Assembly (NCBI GenBank): GCA_022813965.1
Contig: JALDZS010000019.1
Coordinates: 1-64,000 of the forward strand
Length of the DNA stretch: 64,000 nt
Origin: Toensbergia leucococca
Lineage: Eukaryota
Reading direction: 5' to 3'
Position 1 is the first letter of the stretch; each line of letters begins with the position of its first letter. The position numbers and the translations under genes were made by a program. The notes beneath the pieces were generated by a model. It was not told the DNA's origin, did no database searches, and saw only the letters and a list, made by a program, of their open reading frames with translations. Shown here piece after piece: positions 38,344-50,894 of this stretch.

Positions 38344-39046
38344 GGCTCCTGATAGGGATACATGGACGCCCCATCGGCCCCTTTTTGATAGGTGGACGCG
38401 CCCACGCGCCCTCCCCCTCACCTTACACCATATTTTACCTCGACTTCCCCACCACTTTTACATGCCTTTCTCATGATTCGCGTGCCATCTATCACATCCC
38501 GATATTGTATCACGTTTTCACCCAATTCTCCACTCCAGCCGCAATACTCATACACCATAGATTTCACCATAGATTTCGATCCACCTTCACCTCACTCACC
38601 TCCATCTACACTTACAGCCGTGAGTCTTACTCCACCCACAGCTCTACTAGGCATAGAATTTGTACGGGTAGAACAAGGCCTTCAGGGTGGCCGGGGTGAG
38701 TGAAGGCGAGGACCTAGCCTAGAGGGGGGAAGTTGGAGTTTCTGTAAATAGCAGAGTGTTTCATGATTTTGGAAAGAGGTTTTGCTGGAGGTCGCAAAAT
38801 CACGATGGTTTTGCGCCCGAAGGGTGAGGGGAATCAAGTCAGAATGTGGTACAAAAGCATGGTTTTTCTCCTAGGTAATTTGACTTCTACATGGCACGCA
38901 AATAGAACAAGTAAATGGCTTGCATAGTGGTACTCGTAGTGAATCAAGAGAATCGAGGCAAAATGTGGTGCAGAATGATAAGATTTCCCTCCGTGATCAT
39001 GTGCCCGAAGGGTGGGGGCGGGGGGGGCGTCCATGTGTCAGGAGCC
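38344..39046. mobile_element. MITE-like element with terminal inverted repeats
   Basis: Left GGCTCCTGA...ACATGGACGCCCC and right GGGGCGTCCATGTGTCAGGAGCC. TATTTA on both flanks (38338-38343 and 39047-39052). No coding signal. Confidence 0.65.
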
Positions 39047-39543
39047 TATTTATTCTTCACCAACCCCTGCAAATCCTGACTCATGTATGCAAAGACATGT
39101 GATTACGTCGACCTCGATGAGAAGAGACATACGAGTAGTAAGTAGACAAATGCCATTACATCGAACAATTGAATACTCTATGAGTTTGAAACATGAAATC
39201 TGCTTTGCTAGGTATTGCAAGTAACCTAGATACCAGTATCCTGGCCCTAGCTATGAGTTGAGTTGATCTATCTATATCTTACAAGTTTCTCGTCAGGCCC
39301 TATTATCGAAGTAATCTTGTGTTTGCGCCTTGTCTCTGTCCCATAACGCCCGCTCAACCGTGTTGTTACAGGAGCCTTGGAAACCGGATGCTGCACCTAA
39401 AATGCATCCATTAAAACGCCCTCGCAACACAATCCGAGAAAATAATCGCAACGGCCCCACAGTAACCACCAGGGTATTATACATTGGGAATAGAAGTCGT
39501 TAATGGCGCAAAGAAAGAGTCTTTTGAGCTTTTAAAGTTGTGT

Positions 39544-42500
39544 TCAAGCAATTTCCTCCAATGGAGTGAAGCTCTCCACCCGGCTCCTGCCATGGCCAAG
39601 TAGTTCTAATATCTTTCCCGATACCGCCGATGGGTACCCTCTGGAACACATCTCATGTACAACATCCGATGCATTTTCGCGGTCTTCAACAGTGAGGAAG
39701 GCTCTTGTCATAGCTTCGTAAGTACTGGGCTCTCTCTTCTCGAGACCAATACTGTCATACACAGCTTTTGACTTCGTGATGTTTTTCTCCGTAGCCCAGC
39801 CGTGGATCAATGTGTTGGCTATGTACGGAGTCATCTCCACTCCTCTCGCGAACATGTCTTTCAGAATCTCCTCTGTGTCCGCGACGCAGTGATTAGCAGC
39901 CATAGACTCGAATAACGCCTGGTAAAGGCATGCTTGTGGACGTATATCGGTTTTGCGCAAAACGTCATCAAAGGTCCGACGAGCAGCGGCCATGTCATGA
40001 AGAGCACAGCCTTTGGCGTGAATAAGCGAAGCATAATGGACTGCCTCAGGGCGAAGACCTGAAGCTCGGATTGTATCAAGAACACCCTCTGCCGCTGTCA
40101 TATTGATAGGATCAAGGGTTGCATATGTATCAATGAGTAATTTGAAAGTGTGCATCGTCGGCTGAATGTTTCTGGACTGCATACGTTGGTAGTAAGACAG
40201 AACTTTGCCACTATCATGTTTTGTGGTCAAGAAATATTGCATCAGACTATTATAAGGAGCTGGCCGGGGTTTGTAGTTTGGCATCGACTCCATTTCGTCG
40301 AACAAGTCCTCTGCAAACCTCTCATCACTGACACGGCAAAGTGCGTTGACAATAGTCCCGTAAGTAACACTAGTAGGGCGGATACCGAGAGAGCGCATTT
40401 CGGCAAAGTAGAACAGACAATCATCAATGCGACGAGCTTTGCCCAATTTGCCAATGAGTGCATTGTAAAGAAAAGAGGAGGGCTCCACACCTTCGGACTT
40501 GGCACGATGGAAGATTCGGACAGCCTCTGTTGCTTCATCGAATGTTCTCGTTGAGTCCTTCAATGTGGTGATGTAGAGGCCATAAGTATTCGCTGTAGGA
40601 GCAGAGCCAATGTCGAGAAGTTCCTGGTGGAAACGTGCAGCTAACGTGCGAGTACCGAGTGTAAGACATGCACCTACCGTAGCATCCAAGATAGATGCCC
40701 ACCCGTGCCGAACAAGTTGGTATTGAGGCAAATAAGGTATGTCTTGCCTTGCCATTCCCAGGATGTCATGAACCAGATTGGCCCGTCCTTCTTTGGCCGC
40801 CGCTGAGATCAATTTCGCATAGACGATGGATCGCGGATGTCTGCCGGCACGACGTATGTTCTTGAATCGAACGAGAGCTCCATTCAGACTATCGCCTGTC
40901 CTCGTCCGATGGTTATCTAGCTCTTCAATAATGATTGTGGAGCCCCTAAAATCGGTATCCGCGGCATATGGATCAACCGACTCAGGATTTTTAGTGGGCG
41001 CTACAGTCATGGGACCAGTTTGAAGTGTACTAAGAGTCGGAGTAGACTGTTTTTGATTGATTGGCCGTCGATAATTCTGCCATTTATCGATAAGATCTTG
41101 ATGTTGAAATTCCAATTTCTCTAAACATTTATCAACTAGATCTGAAGTACGCATGTCTAGTGGCATGCCACTGCCCATAGCCGCTTCCAAGAGATGGGTA
41201 AAGCGGATTGAATGAGAGACCTCGTGGATGTTCTCCTCATGGCTTATCAAGTCAGCTTCGGCCTGAAGAGCAAGGATCAAGTCTTGCCAGCTCAGCGTCG
41301 CGATATCATCACGACCTATCCCTGCGAGGAGCTGCTCCGTAATTGGTGAGACAAGTCCGCGGTTCTCAATCATAGCCCACAAGAAGCTCATGCTTGCGTG
41401 AGGCGATGGTTGAATCCCGTTTTTCGCAAGGAACATGCCAATCAGTTCGATGCCCTCGTCGATTTCTTCAGTGATATCCGATCGCGTCTTCGTAGCAATG
41501 GCAGTGGAACGGATATGCATAAAGGATTGACGAGCTTGCATTAGCCCTTCATCAACATAGCCATTGCCAATTAAGGCTACCGCATACATAGCCGTTGGTT
41601 CTATAAAACTGGCATCAAGGTCCGATGAGCCAACTAGTATTTTCCAAAAGTTCCGAGCTAGGTCAATGTCTTGCAGACGAACGTGAAGAGCAAGCATTGC
41701 CAATGCCGCTGAGGATGTGTTCGCATCGCCATCAACAACACGTTCATAGGCTTTGGTGGCAAGACCAACATCGTTGCCATCAGCTGCGGCAGTACAGATT
41801 CGAGCCATGGCTTGATTGTAGACACTGGGGCTCAAATCTTGCTCCTCAGCAATTTTCAAAGCTTCGGTGAAATTGCCCGTATCAAGGCGTTCCTGAAGGA
41901 CTGCGTTGAGGATAATCGTATCGTAGACAACTCCTAGGCGCTCTTTACGATGTTCTGTTACCCCATCATAAGAATCAATGACCTTACTTAAGAACTTTGT
42001 GCCACCATCTCCCTTGCCACAAATAGCGTATGCTTTGATAATAGCAGCATAGACGTGGTTATCGACTCGACCGAGGATGACAGAATTACCAGCGTCATCA
42101 GAAATGGCTAATGCTTTGTACTCGTTGTAACATTCTACAGCGCTACTCAGGTCGCCAGATATCGCAAAGGCTTCGATCATCTGTGGGAAGATTGCGGCAA
42201 ATGGTAGAACTTTATGAACTTCCAACTGAGAGTAGATCCGAATCATGTCTTCCACCCTTCCGTGTCTAGCACAAGCATTGATCAATAGGCCATAGGTTTC
42301 GGAAGAATAAACGCGTTCTATTTGTGTGGTAAGTGAAGAATTGAATAGCTTAATCGCGTTACTCAGAGCATTATCCTCGACAAGGATATCATACTCTGCT
42401 TCGTTGGATCCGAATGTGAATTTCCCAGTCTGCTTGACATTGGCAAAGCGTATTCTCTTCTGATCCAATGCTGTTCTCATTCGTAGTACATCAACTGCCC

Positions 42501-43539
42501 TACGAGAGAGAAGCTGGATCAGAGTTGAGTATATGGTAGTGTCCGGTAGTACCTTACGCCGAATCATATCAGAATACACATCCAGGGCCTTGGGAATAAT
42601 TTGATGTTCGGCTTTGGGTAAGTGGATTGCAGCAGCCAAGAGTCCATTATATGCTTCCGTTGTAGGGAGTAAGCCATTAACGAGCATAGCTTCAAAGACT
42701 GAAGGTATCTCTGCATAACGCTGCGAGTTGCTGAGCTTGTTGATATGCTTTGAGAAAGCCTGTGAGTCGGCATCATGTACAGATGTAACGGCTGTTGATA
42801 CGCTCGATGGAGCGGAGCCAATTGAGGAAGAGACGTCCGAAAGGTTTGGCGAATCGATCAGCGAGCTGCCAGAAAGCCCAGCGTCCACTGATGATTGTAC
42901 CACCTCCTCAAGCGAAGGATGCCTAACGTGCTGCTCCTGTAGGGCGACTGCGGAGTGCTCGACGAGATTTGCAGAAATCTCCTTCGCGATAGCCTCGTTG
43001 ATCTTGGCAATTGCAATGTCTTCGGCTGCCTCATCTTGCACTTTTCTGATGTCATCTACAGCACTTGCGCTGTACGCCCGGTCCAATCCTCCACGTTCGA
43101 GTTCAACATCTGGACATCTTGCGCCATCTTCCTTCCCCTTTGCTTTGATATCAGGTATGACAGAAGGCGCTTTCCACCCTATTCGCTTTGTGAATTGAAA
43201 CTGTTTCCAGCCCTCTTCTCCGCCATGCCGTTGCTGGTTTTGCCACGCCTCGTAATATGCAGCTAATCCTCCATCGACGCTATCAATGGTGTTCGAGTTG
43301 TTATGGCTATGCTTGACGCTGGGACTAGATGATACAGAGTTATTTTGGAAGGCATTGTGGAGCTGTGTGGACCCAGCCCTCCCGAGTCTGCCAGTAGTAT
43401 GGTTTCCGAATGGCCCGAACTGAGTAGTCGATGATGCGTATGAGGATTGTGTAGCTGCAACAACGGACTGAGCGTATCCGTGAGTAAAGGTCTTTGCGAA
43501 GCTTTGTCGTGCGAGATGTGTAAATGGCTTGAAAACCAT
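39544..43539 (-). CDS. Mitochondrial pentatricopeptide-repeat protein (probably Ppr5/Rpm2-like), intronless, 1331 aa
   Basis: Basic amphipathic N-terminus and multiple 35-aa PPR motifs, e.g. FLYNALIGKLGKARRIDDCLFYFAEMRSLGIRP and VTYGTIVNALCRVSDERFAEDLFDEM. Confidence 0.85.
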   Translation of the reverse strand: MVFKPFTHLARQSFAKTFTHGYAQSVVAATQSSYASSTTQFGPFGNHTTGRLGRAGSTQLHNAFQNNSVSSSPSVKHSHNNSNTIDSVDGGLAAYYEAWQNQQRHGGEEGWKQFQFTKRIGWKAPSVIPDIKAKGKEDGARCPDVELERGGLDRAYSASAVDDIRKVQDEAAEDIAIAKINEAIAKEISANLVEHSAVALQEQHVRHPSLEEVVQSSVDAGLSGSSLIDSPNLSDVSSSIGSAPSSVSTAVTSVHDADSQAFSKHINKLSNSQRYAEIPSVFEAMLVNGLLPTTEAYNGLLAAAIHLPKAEHQIIPKALDVYSDMIRRKVLPDTTIYSTLIQLLSRRAVDVLRMRTALDQKRIRFANVKQTGKFTFGSNEAEYDILVEDNALSNAIKLFNSSLTTQIERVYSSETYGLLINACARHGRVEDMIRIYSQLEVHKVLPFAAIFPQMIEAFAISGDLSSAVECYNEYKALAISDDAGNSVILGRVDNHVYAAIIKAYAICGKGDGGTKFLSKVIDSYDGVTEHRKERLGVVYDTIILNAVLQERLDTGNFTEALKIAEEQDLSPSVYNQAMARICTAAADGNDVGLATKAYERVVDGDANTSSAALAMLALHVRLQDIDLARNFWKILVGSSDLDASFIEPTAMYAVALIGNGYVDEGLMQARQSFMHIRSTAIATKTRSDITEEIDEGIELIGMFLAKNGIQPSPHASMSFLWAMIENRGLVSPITEQLLAGIGRDDIATLSWQDLILALQAEADLISHEENIHEVSHSIRFTHLLEAAMGSGMPLDMRTSDLVDKCLEKLEFQHQDLIDKWQNYRRPINQKQSTPTLSTLQTGPMTVAPTKNPESVDPYAADTDFRGSTIIIEELDNHRTRTGDSLNGALVRFKNIRRAGRHPRSIVYAKLISAAAKEGRANLVHDILGMARQDIPYLPQYQLVRHGWASILDATVGACLTLGTRTLAARFHQELLDIGSAPTANTYGLYITTLKDSTRTFDEATEAVRIFHRAKSEGVEPSSFLYNALIGKLGKARRIDDCLFYFAEMRSLGIRPTSVTYGTIVNALCRVSDERFAEDLFDEMESMPNYKPRPAPYNSLMQYFLTTKHDSGKVLSYYQRMQSRNIQPTMHTFKLLIDTYATLDPINMTAAEGVLDTIRASGLRPEAVHYASLIHAKGCALHDMAAARRTFDDVLRKTDIRPQACLYQALFESMAANHCVADTEEILKDMFARGVEMTPYIANTLIHGWATEKNITKSKAVYDSIGLEKREPSTYEAMTRAFLTVEDRENASDVVHEMCSRGYPSAVSGKILELLGHGRSRVESFTPLEEIA

Positions 43540-44354
43540 TTAGTATGAAAAAACTCCTCAAATGGGAGGGTCGAGTCTGCGACAACATCAAATTAGCTTG
43601 AAAGGGAGATGTACTCGAGACAGCAATACGACAGCCTCCAAATAGATCTGGGTTTATTTGAGCTCTGGCATTACTTACTGTGGGGTGGACAATGAGATTG
43701 GGTGCAGGTTCATTTGACGACACCTTCAGTCGTCAAAGAACGCGCAATTATGATATTGAGTCAGACAATCGGGAGGACTCTCGGTGCGAAGTGATATTAT
43801 GCCACAAGCTTGGCACCGTAGAAATGAACTTCTGGATGATGGCAAATAGGACTGGCGATGGAACGATGGAAGGACCGACTAGATTCCTCGAGCTCCAGAA
43901 GTGTATTAGGAAGAGTCTTTGAAGACGTGTGGACAGTTCAGCTGGAAGTACGAAGGAAAGGCGGGGAGTGCAAGGCGACGAGATTACAAATTAGGCACCA
44001 AGGTTAAAGATAGGTACCAATGTCGGAAATGTGAGGACTCGGAGGAGAATCCGTCGTGGGCTTCAGGTCAAGCTGACGACCGAGGGGACACTAAAACGGC
44101 TCACAGCCCGAGGAATTTTCTCAAGAATCACTTCCCGCTCCCGCTTGATTCCGCTAGTAACTGATTTAGACCAAATAGGGAAAAGGCTCAGTCAATAGGT
44201 TCCTAGAGCTGAACATGCCTGCTCTAACTCTCGGAGCCAGGCTGCGTCAATTTTTCTTGCTATTACGGTAGGATACGTTAGGCCACAATAAACTGGCAAA
44301 TGAGAGATAATTGTCTATTCTGCGGTATTAAGCCTACTCTATGAATGCTCTACC

Positions 44355-46026
44355 ATGAATCGCCCAGCAGTAGCATTTTCAGCCCCTGGCAAGGTCTTGC
44401 TTGCTGGTGGCTATCTAGTTCTAGACAGAGCTCACACAGGACTGGTCTTTGGACTCGACGCTCGTATTCATGTGCACACCCAGACATTGCCAACTTCCCC
44501 AGGAGTGACGCTGTCGGAGATCATAGTCCGATCCCCTCAATTCAGAAACGCCGAATGGAGATATGGCTATCGAGAAACGGAAGACGATGGTGGCATCGAG
44601 GTGACACAACTAAAAGGGTCAGTTCACCATCAAATCTCTCGACACTTTTCTATTCTTCAAAACATATCCTTTTTTTGGTTTCCCTGGCGCAAGATTGATC
44701 CTCTTCTAGTCGTATATTGTTCGCTCTTCCTGAAATTCGCCTATGATCTCTTCTTTGATTACATGATATTGGCAGCAGTATCTTTTAGCAGCGTTGCGGC
44801 GTTTGACTCAATCCCAAGGTTAATAGGAGGATTACGCGGGTAATGAAAGCTTTGATATATTTGGCTGTCCTCACTGATGTTACGAACCTGTCAACAGTCA
44901 CTCCACGTCTTCACAGTCTCGAAATAACTTTGTTGAGACAACGCTGGCTTATGCCTTAACATACGTCTCGGCCCTTACACACTCAAAGATTGGACCAATG
45001 CTGATCACAATACTTGCTGACACGGATTATTACTCTCATACCGGACCCTTAAACATAGACGTCTCTTCAATGTTGAGTGAGTTCCTTGATTTCAAAGTCC
45101 CTCTCGATAAAGCCCACAAGACGGGTCTCGGGTCCTCTGCAGCGCTCGTCACAGCCTTCACAGCTGCTGTACTTACTCACTACGTGCCTTTGGAGGTGAT
45201 GTCTGTGACATCCGACTCTGGAAAACCCTCATTACACAATCTGGCACAGGTAGCTCACTGCGCTGCCCAAGGTAAAATCGGGTCGGGCTTTGACATTGCT
45301 GCCGCCGTATATGGCTCCTGTACTTATAAGCGATTCTCACCGTCACTTCTGCAGGATGTAGGTGAGATCGGTAAGAAAGGATTTGCCACTCGGCTAAGAT
45401 TAATCGTCGAGGATATGGATCAATCAAAGAAGTGGGACATGCAAATTGTCAAATCTACGACTGTTTTACCAAAAGGTCTCAGGCTAGTGATGTGCGACGT
45501 TGATTGTGGCTCCGAGACTGTCGGCATGGTGAAGAGTGTTTTAACCTGGCGAAGGGATAGACCAGAAGAAGCAGCATTACTGTGGGGAACGCTGCAAAAA
45601 TGGAACGAAGACCTGGCAGCAGAACTCCAAAGACTAGTACAGCAGTCGAGAGACGATGGAAGTGATTATGAGAATCTACGTGACATTATCATGACGATAC
45701 GATCTTTGATCAGAGAAATGTCTGAGAAAGCCAAGGTACCGATTGAGCCGAATGTGCAAACAGATCTCCTGGATGCTTGCAGCCGGGTTCCTGGTGTTGT
45801 GGGTGGAGTGGTTCCCGGGGCTGGTGGATTCGATGCGATTGCGCTTTTGGTAGAAGATAAAACAACGGTCATTTCAAGATTGCATCAACTTCTTGACACT
45901 TACAAAACTGAGGCTAACGGTGGCGATGGTGGGAGTATCGGGAAGGTAAGAGTGCTTGGGGTGAAGCAGGACTACGAGGGGGTCAAGGAGGAATTGCCAT
46001 CTGTGTATGTGAATTGGTTACGATAG
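44355..46026 (+). CDS. ERG8: Phosphomevalonate kinase (2 exons, intron 44618-44897)
   Basis: SAPGKVLLAGGYLVLD, KTGLGSSAAL, HCAAQGKIGSGFD, GGVVPGAGGFDA. Intron removal keeps the frame. Confidence 0.95.
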
Positions 46027-46573
46027 CAATAGAACGGGAGTGGTCTCACCAATGTAAGATTTGATCAGAAGATGGAGAACGCCACCTCATCAGCATTAAG
46101 CCTTCCGTATCCGTATTATCCGTAGACTCTTCAGGGTATTAGAGAATTAGAGTCAATGAAGTCATCATAATCAGGAAGAAGTCGAATGAGATTTCGATTT
46201 TATAATAAATCCTGATTGTCGTTACATCCGTAAAGCGCGACGCCCCTCGCCTCCAAAAAGGCCGGGTGATCGACAGTCCCGTTCTTTATAATCTATGCCC
46301 ATGCGAGATGGCGCCGACATAGTTAACAGTGACTATTGGCCAGTCTCATTGTCTCTCGTTATCATTTTCTATCAGGCAAGCTTCATCTTCTACTCAACAT
46401 CTTACAGTAAACGCTTCATCAACCTCTCAGGCCATTGTCTGACTATTGCAGCATGAAACATCCGACTCTGTGAGCGTGTGACCACAACATCTGCATGCCT
46501 GCAGCTCACAGCTTGCTTATCATACTCATTCCACTCAGGCGACCTCTCCAGCTGGCCTTCACTACTGCTAACA

Positions 46574-47554
46574 ATGGCTTCTACCGATGCCCAAGGGGCA
46601 ACATCCCCGCCAAACAGCCTCGATAGAACCACTGGCATTCCCAATACCCACTTCGAACCCGCCGAGCCTATTCAACCTCTACAGATCTCATCTACACCGG
46701 TGGAGATGTCAAATCTTGATCCGCGAGGCGTCGCAGAGCACGACGAATCCTCAATACCTGTGAATTCGCCTGATCCTGTGCTAGAGGATTTCCAGACGAC
46801 CAAGGAAAACCAAAGCCCCAATCCTGAATCCTCAGCGTTTATTCCAGAAACAGAACCAGCTGAAGGGGCTGTCCTTCCCTCAGAGCCGTCAAACAAGCCC
46901 CCCAATCCAGTCGAAGAGCTTCACCCTCTCACACCTGAGAAAACCGCTCCTGCTATAGGTCCTTCCTCTGATAAGCCAACGCAATTGCCGAAAGAAAATG
47001 AAGCAGCGGCATCTTCATTACTAATTACTTTACTTCTTACGACCGGCGCAAGGCATCCATACAAAATCGATGAGAAATATTTGAAGAAACGAAACGTTAG
47101 CGTTGTTAGTAACAATCCCGTCAACATGAGCGTGTACACGTTGAAGGAGTTGATCTGGAGGGAATGGCGGGAAGGTAAGAGCGGTTCTACTCAATATCAG
47201 TTTTACTAGATCCTTGTGGGCTTGTAAAACGTATGCTAAAAACTCTGAGTATAGAATGGGAGGCGAGACCATCGAGTCCAAGTTCGATACGTTTGATTCA
47301 TTTTGGGAAGATGTTAGACGACAAGGCGCACCTGAAAGGTAAGGAAGCGTGCCAAACCCCTCGTGGAAGCCTACTGACTCATGACTTGGCATGCAGACAG
47401 CAGGTTCGAGGTCGGTACTACACCTCACGTCGTTCACATGACGATCAAGCCTCAGGATATGGTAGATGAGGAAGATGCCAAGACTGCGAAGGCTGGAGGG
47501 AGAGATCGCGACGGGAATGAGAGGAGTCCTGGATGCCGATGTGTCATTCTATAA
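46574..47554 (+). CDS. Membrane-anchored ubiquitin-fold protein (UBL3/MUB-like) with C-terminal CAAX, 3 exons
   Basis: ITLLLTTGARHPYKID, SVYTLKELIWREW|EWEARPSSPSSIRLIHFGKMLDD, HVVHMTIKP, ends GCRCVIL*. Confidence 0.85.
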
Positions 47555-48086
47555 CGCATTTACGAAGCTGGGAAAGCGGTCCCTGGGTATTGCTTCGGAA
47601 TGCTTTGATGCATGTTCACTTGCAGATCTGGTGTTAGCTAGGTTTTCCCCTTTCCCCGTGTTCAGTTCCTAAGCTTTCTCAGCTATTCGTTCAAGAGTTT
47701 AAAGAGGAGCGGCGTCATATCAGCGAGATGGTTTTAACGGACGGATCGGGGTTCATCATGGCTAGCATGTAACCTTATGAGTATGAGAGAGGCCGTTTCA
47801 GCGCCGTGTACTATATGAGCTCTTCTTCCATTGTACATATATAGGAGCCTCATTAAACGAAATGTCTCGTGTTGCGTATTTTGATCTTCGACATAGTACC
47901 ACGTGATGAACGTTCAGAAATGGTCTCTCCTGGTTCTCGGTCTGACAAGTCCAAGGCAAGAGATAATTTCGATCTCTTGTTACAATTTACTAACAAAAGA
48001 AGAAACTATCTCTAACAGGTCTTGGCAAGCACTCCAATCGTACGTCCATCTCTCCACACTGCCCCAATCCCTTCTCACGACCAACT

Positions 48087-48691
48087 CTACCATTTCATCC
48101 TCAACCTCCCCTCCATCTCCGTATGAAAGTCCACACCCTCTCTCGTCTCATCACCTATTCCCAGCCCCGTTAGCTAGTATTCCCACCCAGAAAGTAAACA
48201 GCAACAAACCCTTAAAGACATCCTCCCACGCAACCTCCGCATCTCTCCCGGCCAAAACATCCCCGCTTATCCCCGCACTTGCCCCCAAAACCGCAGGTCT
48301 CCACTCACCCTCCCTCGCGATCCTCAGCTCCATGCCTCGACGTACCGGCTCCGCGATGCCAAACGTGCGGCGCAGCCCCGTCATCTTGAGGTCGTCTTGG
48401 GTGGCTTGCCAGCGGGCGAGACGGGCTTCGAGCGGGTGGGCGGATAGTAGGGGCTGTGGGGCTGAGGAGGAGGGGTTGATTATTGGGGTTAGGTTGGCGC
48501 GGAGGGTGTCGTGGATGCCGGGAGCGGAGGGAGCGCCGGGGGGCGAGCGGGTGGATGTGGAGATGGTTGTTAGATTTGTGGCTGAGGAGGGATGGGGAGG
48601 AGCGGGGGCGATGCGAAGGGACTGCGGTGGATGGGGGATTAGTGAGTTATTTCATGGAGATGAGGGATTGCGGTCTGTCCTGGCTGACCAT
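48087..48691 (-). CDS. UMP1: Proteasome maturation factor Ump1/POMP (3 exons, first exon is ATG only)
   Basis: M|SLRIAP...HDTLR...HPLEARLARWQATQ...LRRTFGIAEPVRRGME...DVLAGRD...WEDVF|...FHTEMEGRLRMKW*. Confidence 0.9.
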
Positions 48692-49022
48692 GTTGTAGAT
48701 GTTGAGATGTCTTTGGTGTTGGATCTGTGATATGTCTACGTAAAAGCGAACGAGTAAAAGTGAGCTGGGTTGGTTGTGATTCAGCGTGATGTTGTATGTA
48801 TGGTTACTAGTTGCAAGGTACCGATATTCCCGTCTACGAGACAAATGGCCTACGCGGCACTGCGGTAGGCGCTAGATTTACACGCGGCTCGACGGTGGCG
48901 AAACCCCAAAGATATTCTACCAGTATCCATACAAATGGACAATTTGCGCAAGTGTGAGAGCTTGGGTTCAAGATCAAGTATCCGCTCGCCATGTAGGATA
49001 TTTTCCATTTCGATCACGAGTT

Positions 49023-50308
49023 TTATATAGCTTTTCGACTTCTCCTTGATTTCGGTGCACGCGAATTACTTCCATTCGGCGTTGCTCCCGATCCAGGCTT
49101 GTCATCTACCCCTCTGACTCTCCTTTCCGGAGTTGCTTGTTCAGCCTCCTTCTTCGCTAGCGCTCTCTTCACAGCACCCTCCTTCTCCAGCGCCTCGATC
49201 TGCTTCTCACTGAAACCCCATAGCTGCTTTGCAACGTCGTCGTCCTTAACCTCCTGTTTCAAGTAGTCCACTTCTTTGCATTCCTTGATCAATTTCCCAC
49301 CGACACCTCTGCCCAGCTCTCCTTCCATGGCTGCCCGTAGGAAACTCTGAGCGCCTTGTAATGGCGACTTCAAGACTAGCCACCAGAACGGCCACATGAT
49401 AAGGTAAAGCAATAAACCCCATAGACTTCCCATGGCTAGCCATCTGCGCATACCTGGTGTTCTCGCGAAACCAGGATCAACAATGATGACCCTCGCGTTA
49501 TTGGCTTGTTTATCTGGCCGTTGATATACGTCCAGATGCTTTTGGAAGGCTTGAGCGAAAACCATCAAGCCCAGCTTACTGGTCTCGTACTTTCTTCTTG
49601 AGGGTAGAGGGCTTCGAGTGTCCTTTAGACTTTTCAAATCACCTCCAAGATAGCTCGAGCAGGTTCCGAATATTATTCTTACGTCTCGGTCTGCTGGCTG
49701 TGCCCGGATGGCTGGACTCAGGATGCTGAGGAGATGGAAGTTGGCAAGATAATTGATCCCCCAATTGATCTCAACTTTGTCTTGTGTCACTTCCGTCTTC
49801 ACATATCTGGGTGTCATGGTATTCGCGCAGAGCACAATCATATCTAGTCTCCTAGGAGGTGCATTGTCCACCCACTTGGTCGCAAAGAGTCGGATGGAGT
49901 GTAGAGATGACAAGTCAACCTGTTCAGCGTGTATGAGCTCATTAGCGGTAATGGCGCGAAGGTCGTCGACGTAGTCTACAAGAAAGGGATCCGAAGGTGC
50001 ATGATGTGTCAGGAGGATAATCTGAGCACCTCGCTCAGCCAAAGCTCGAGCGACTTCGGCACCGATTCCAGACGTTCCACCCTGTGGACTTTCAGCTTTC
50101 AGCACCAATGTAGAGGTGACAATTTATTGACTGTTATTATGACTATTTTCGAATGCATCAAACGCTCCGAGGTATTTCTTGCTCCCCCAGAATACAGCTT
50201 CAGAAGATAAAGGAGGATGAGCCATGGTGACACCTTGAGAATCGTGCTGCCATACGGTATAATATTTATACCGCGGACCAGCACATCTGCCAATATAGGG
50301 AGAGGCAT
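49023..50308 (-). CDS. Short-chain dehydrogenase/reductase (retinol dehydrogenase/Pbr1-like), 2 exons
   Basis: N-terminal transmembrane segment, IVIIT|GGTSGIG Rossmann motif, VDLSSLHSIRLFA, INYLANFHLL, YETSK catalytic YxxxK. Confidence 0.88.
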
Positions 50309-50460
50309 CTCAATTTGACGCGGTGCCGAGGACGTCGGAGACTGGGCTCTTTGGGGACCCAAATCTGCGGAGTATTTTACTGAAATTTATCACTGATACT
50401 AAGGTGTTTCCATGATTACCGGTATCAGTACGGAGGTAAGGTCTGACACCCTTTCAGCTC

Positions 50461-50894
50461 TTTAGCGTGTAGACGCAAATCAACTTTTCACATCCCCCCC
50501 CTCTAGATTTTTTTGGATTGATAGTGAATAGAGCTCAAATCAAGAATCCAATTCAAGAAGAATGTAGAGTTTCATCATGCGATTCTACGACAGCAGGATT
50601 CAGTCAAATACTACTAGCAGTCATGAAGATATTCTCAATCAAGATTTTATAAGGTTGATGGGGTCATGAACAGGCATGAGCATCAAGATTGATTCATCAG
50701 CTCATAACTATGATATCTTCATGATTACGCAAGAAATCTGACTGATTTTGACTGCGATAGAATCGCATGATGAAACTCTACAATCTGCCTGAATTGGATT
50801 TTTAATTTGAGCTCTATTCACTATCAATCTAAAAAACATCTAGAGGGGGGGACGTGTAAAGTTGATTTGCCTCTACGATTTTGCATACGCTAAA
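50461..50894. repeat. Long imperfect inverted repeat (foldback/MITE-like, ~200-bp arms)
   Basis: Left arm gtagacgcaaatcaac...ccccctctaga...gatagtgaatagagctcaaat...gtagagtttcatcatgcgattcta is the reverse complement of the right arm ending ...gttgatttgcctctac at 50876. Outer TTTAGCGT/ACGCTAAA also pair. Confidence 0.85.

Noticed and set aside
31216..48691. Ubiquitin/proteasome cluster (UBA1, UBL3-like, UMP1)
   Set aside because: Separated by unrelated genes; consistent with chance.
47903..48730. 275-aa plus-strand ORF
   Set aside because: Antisense shadow of UMP1 caused by strong strand compositional skew.
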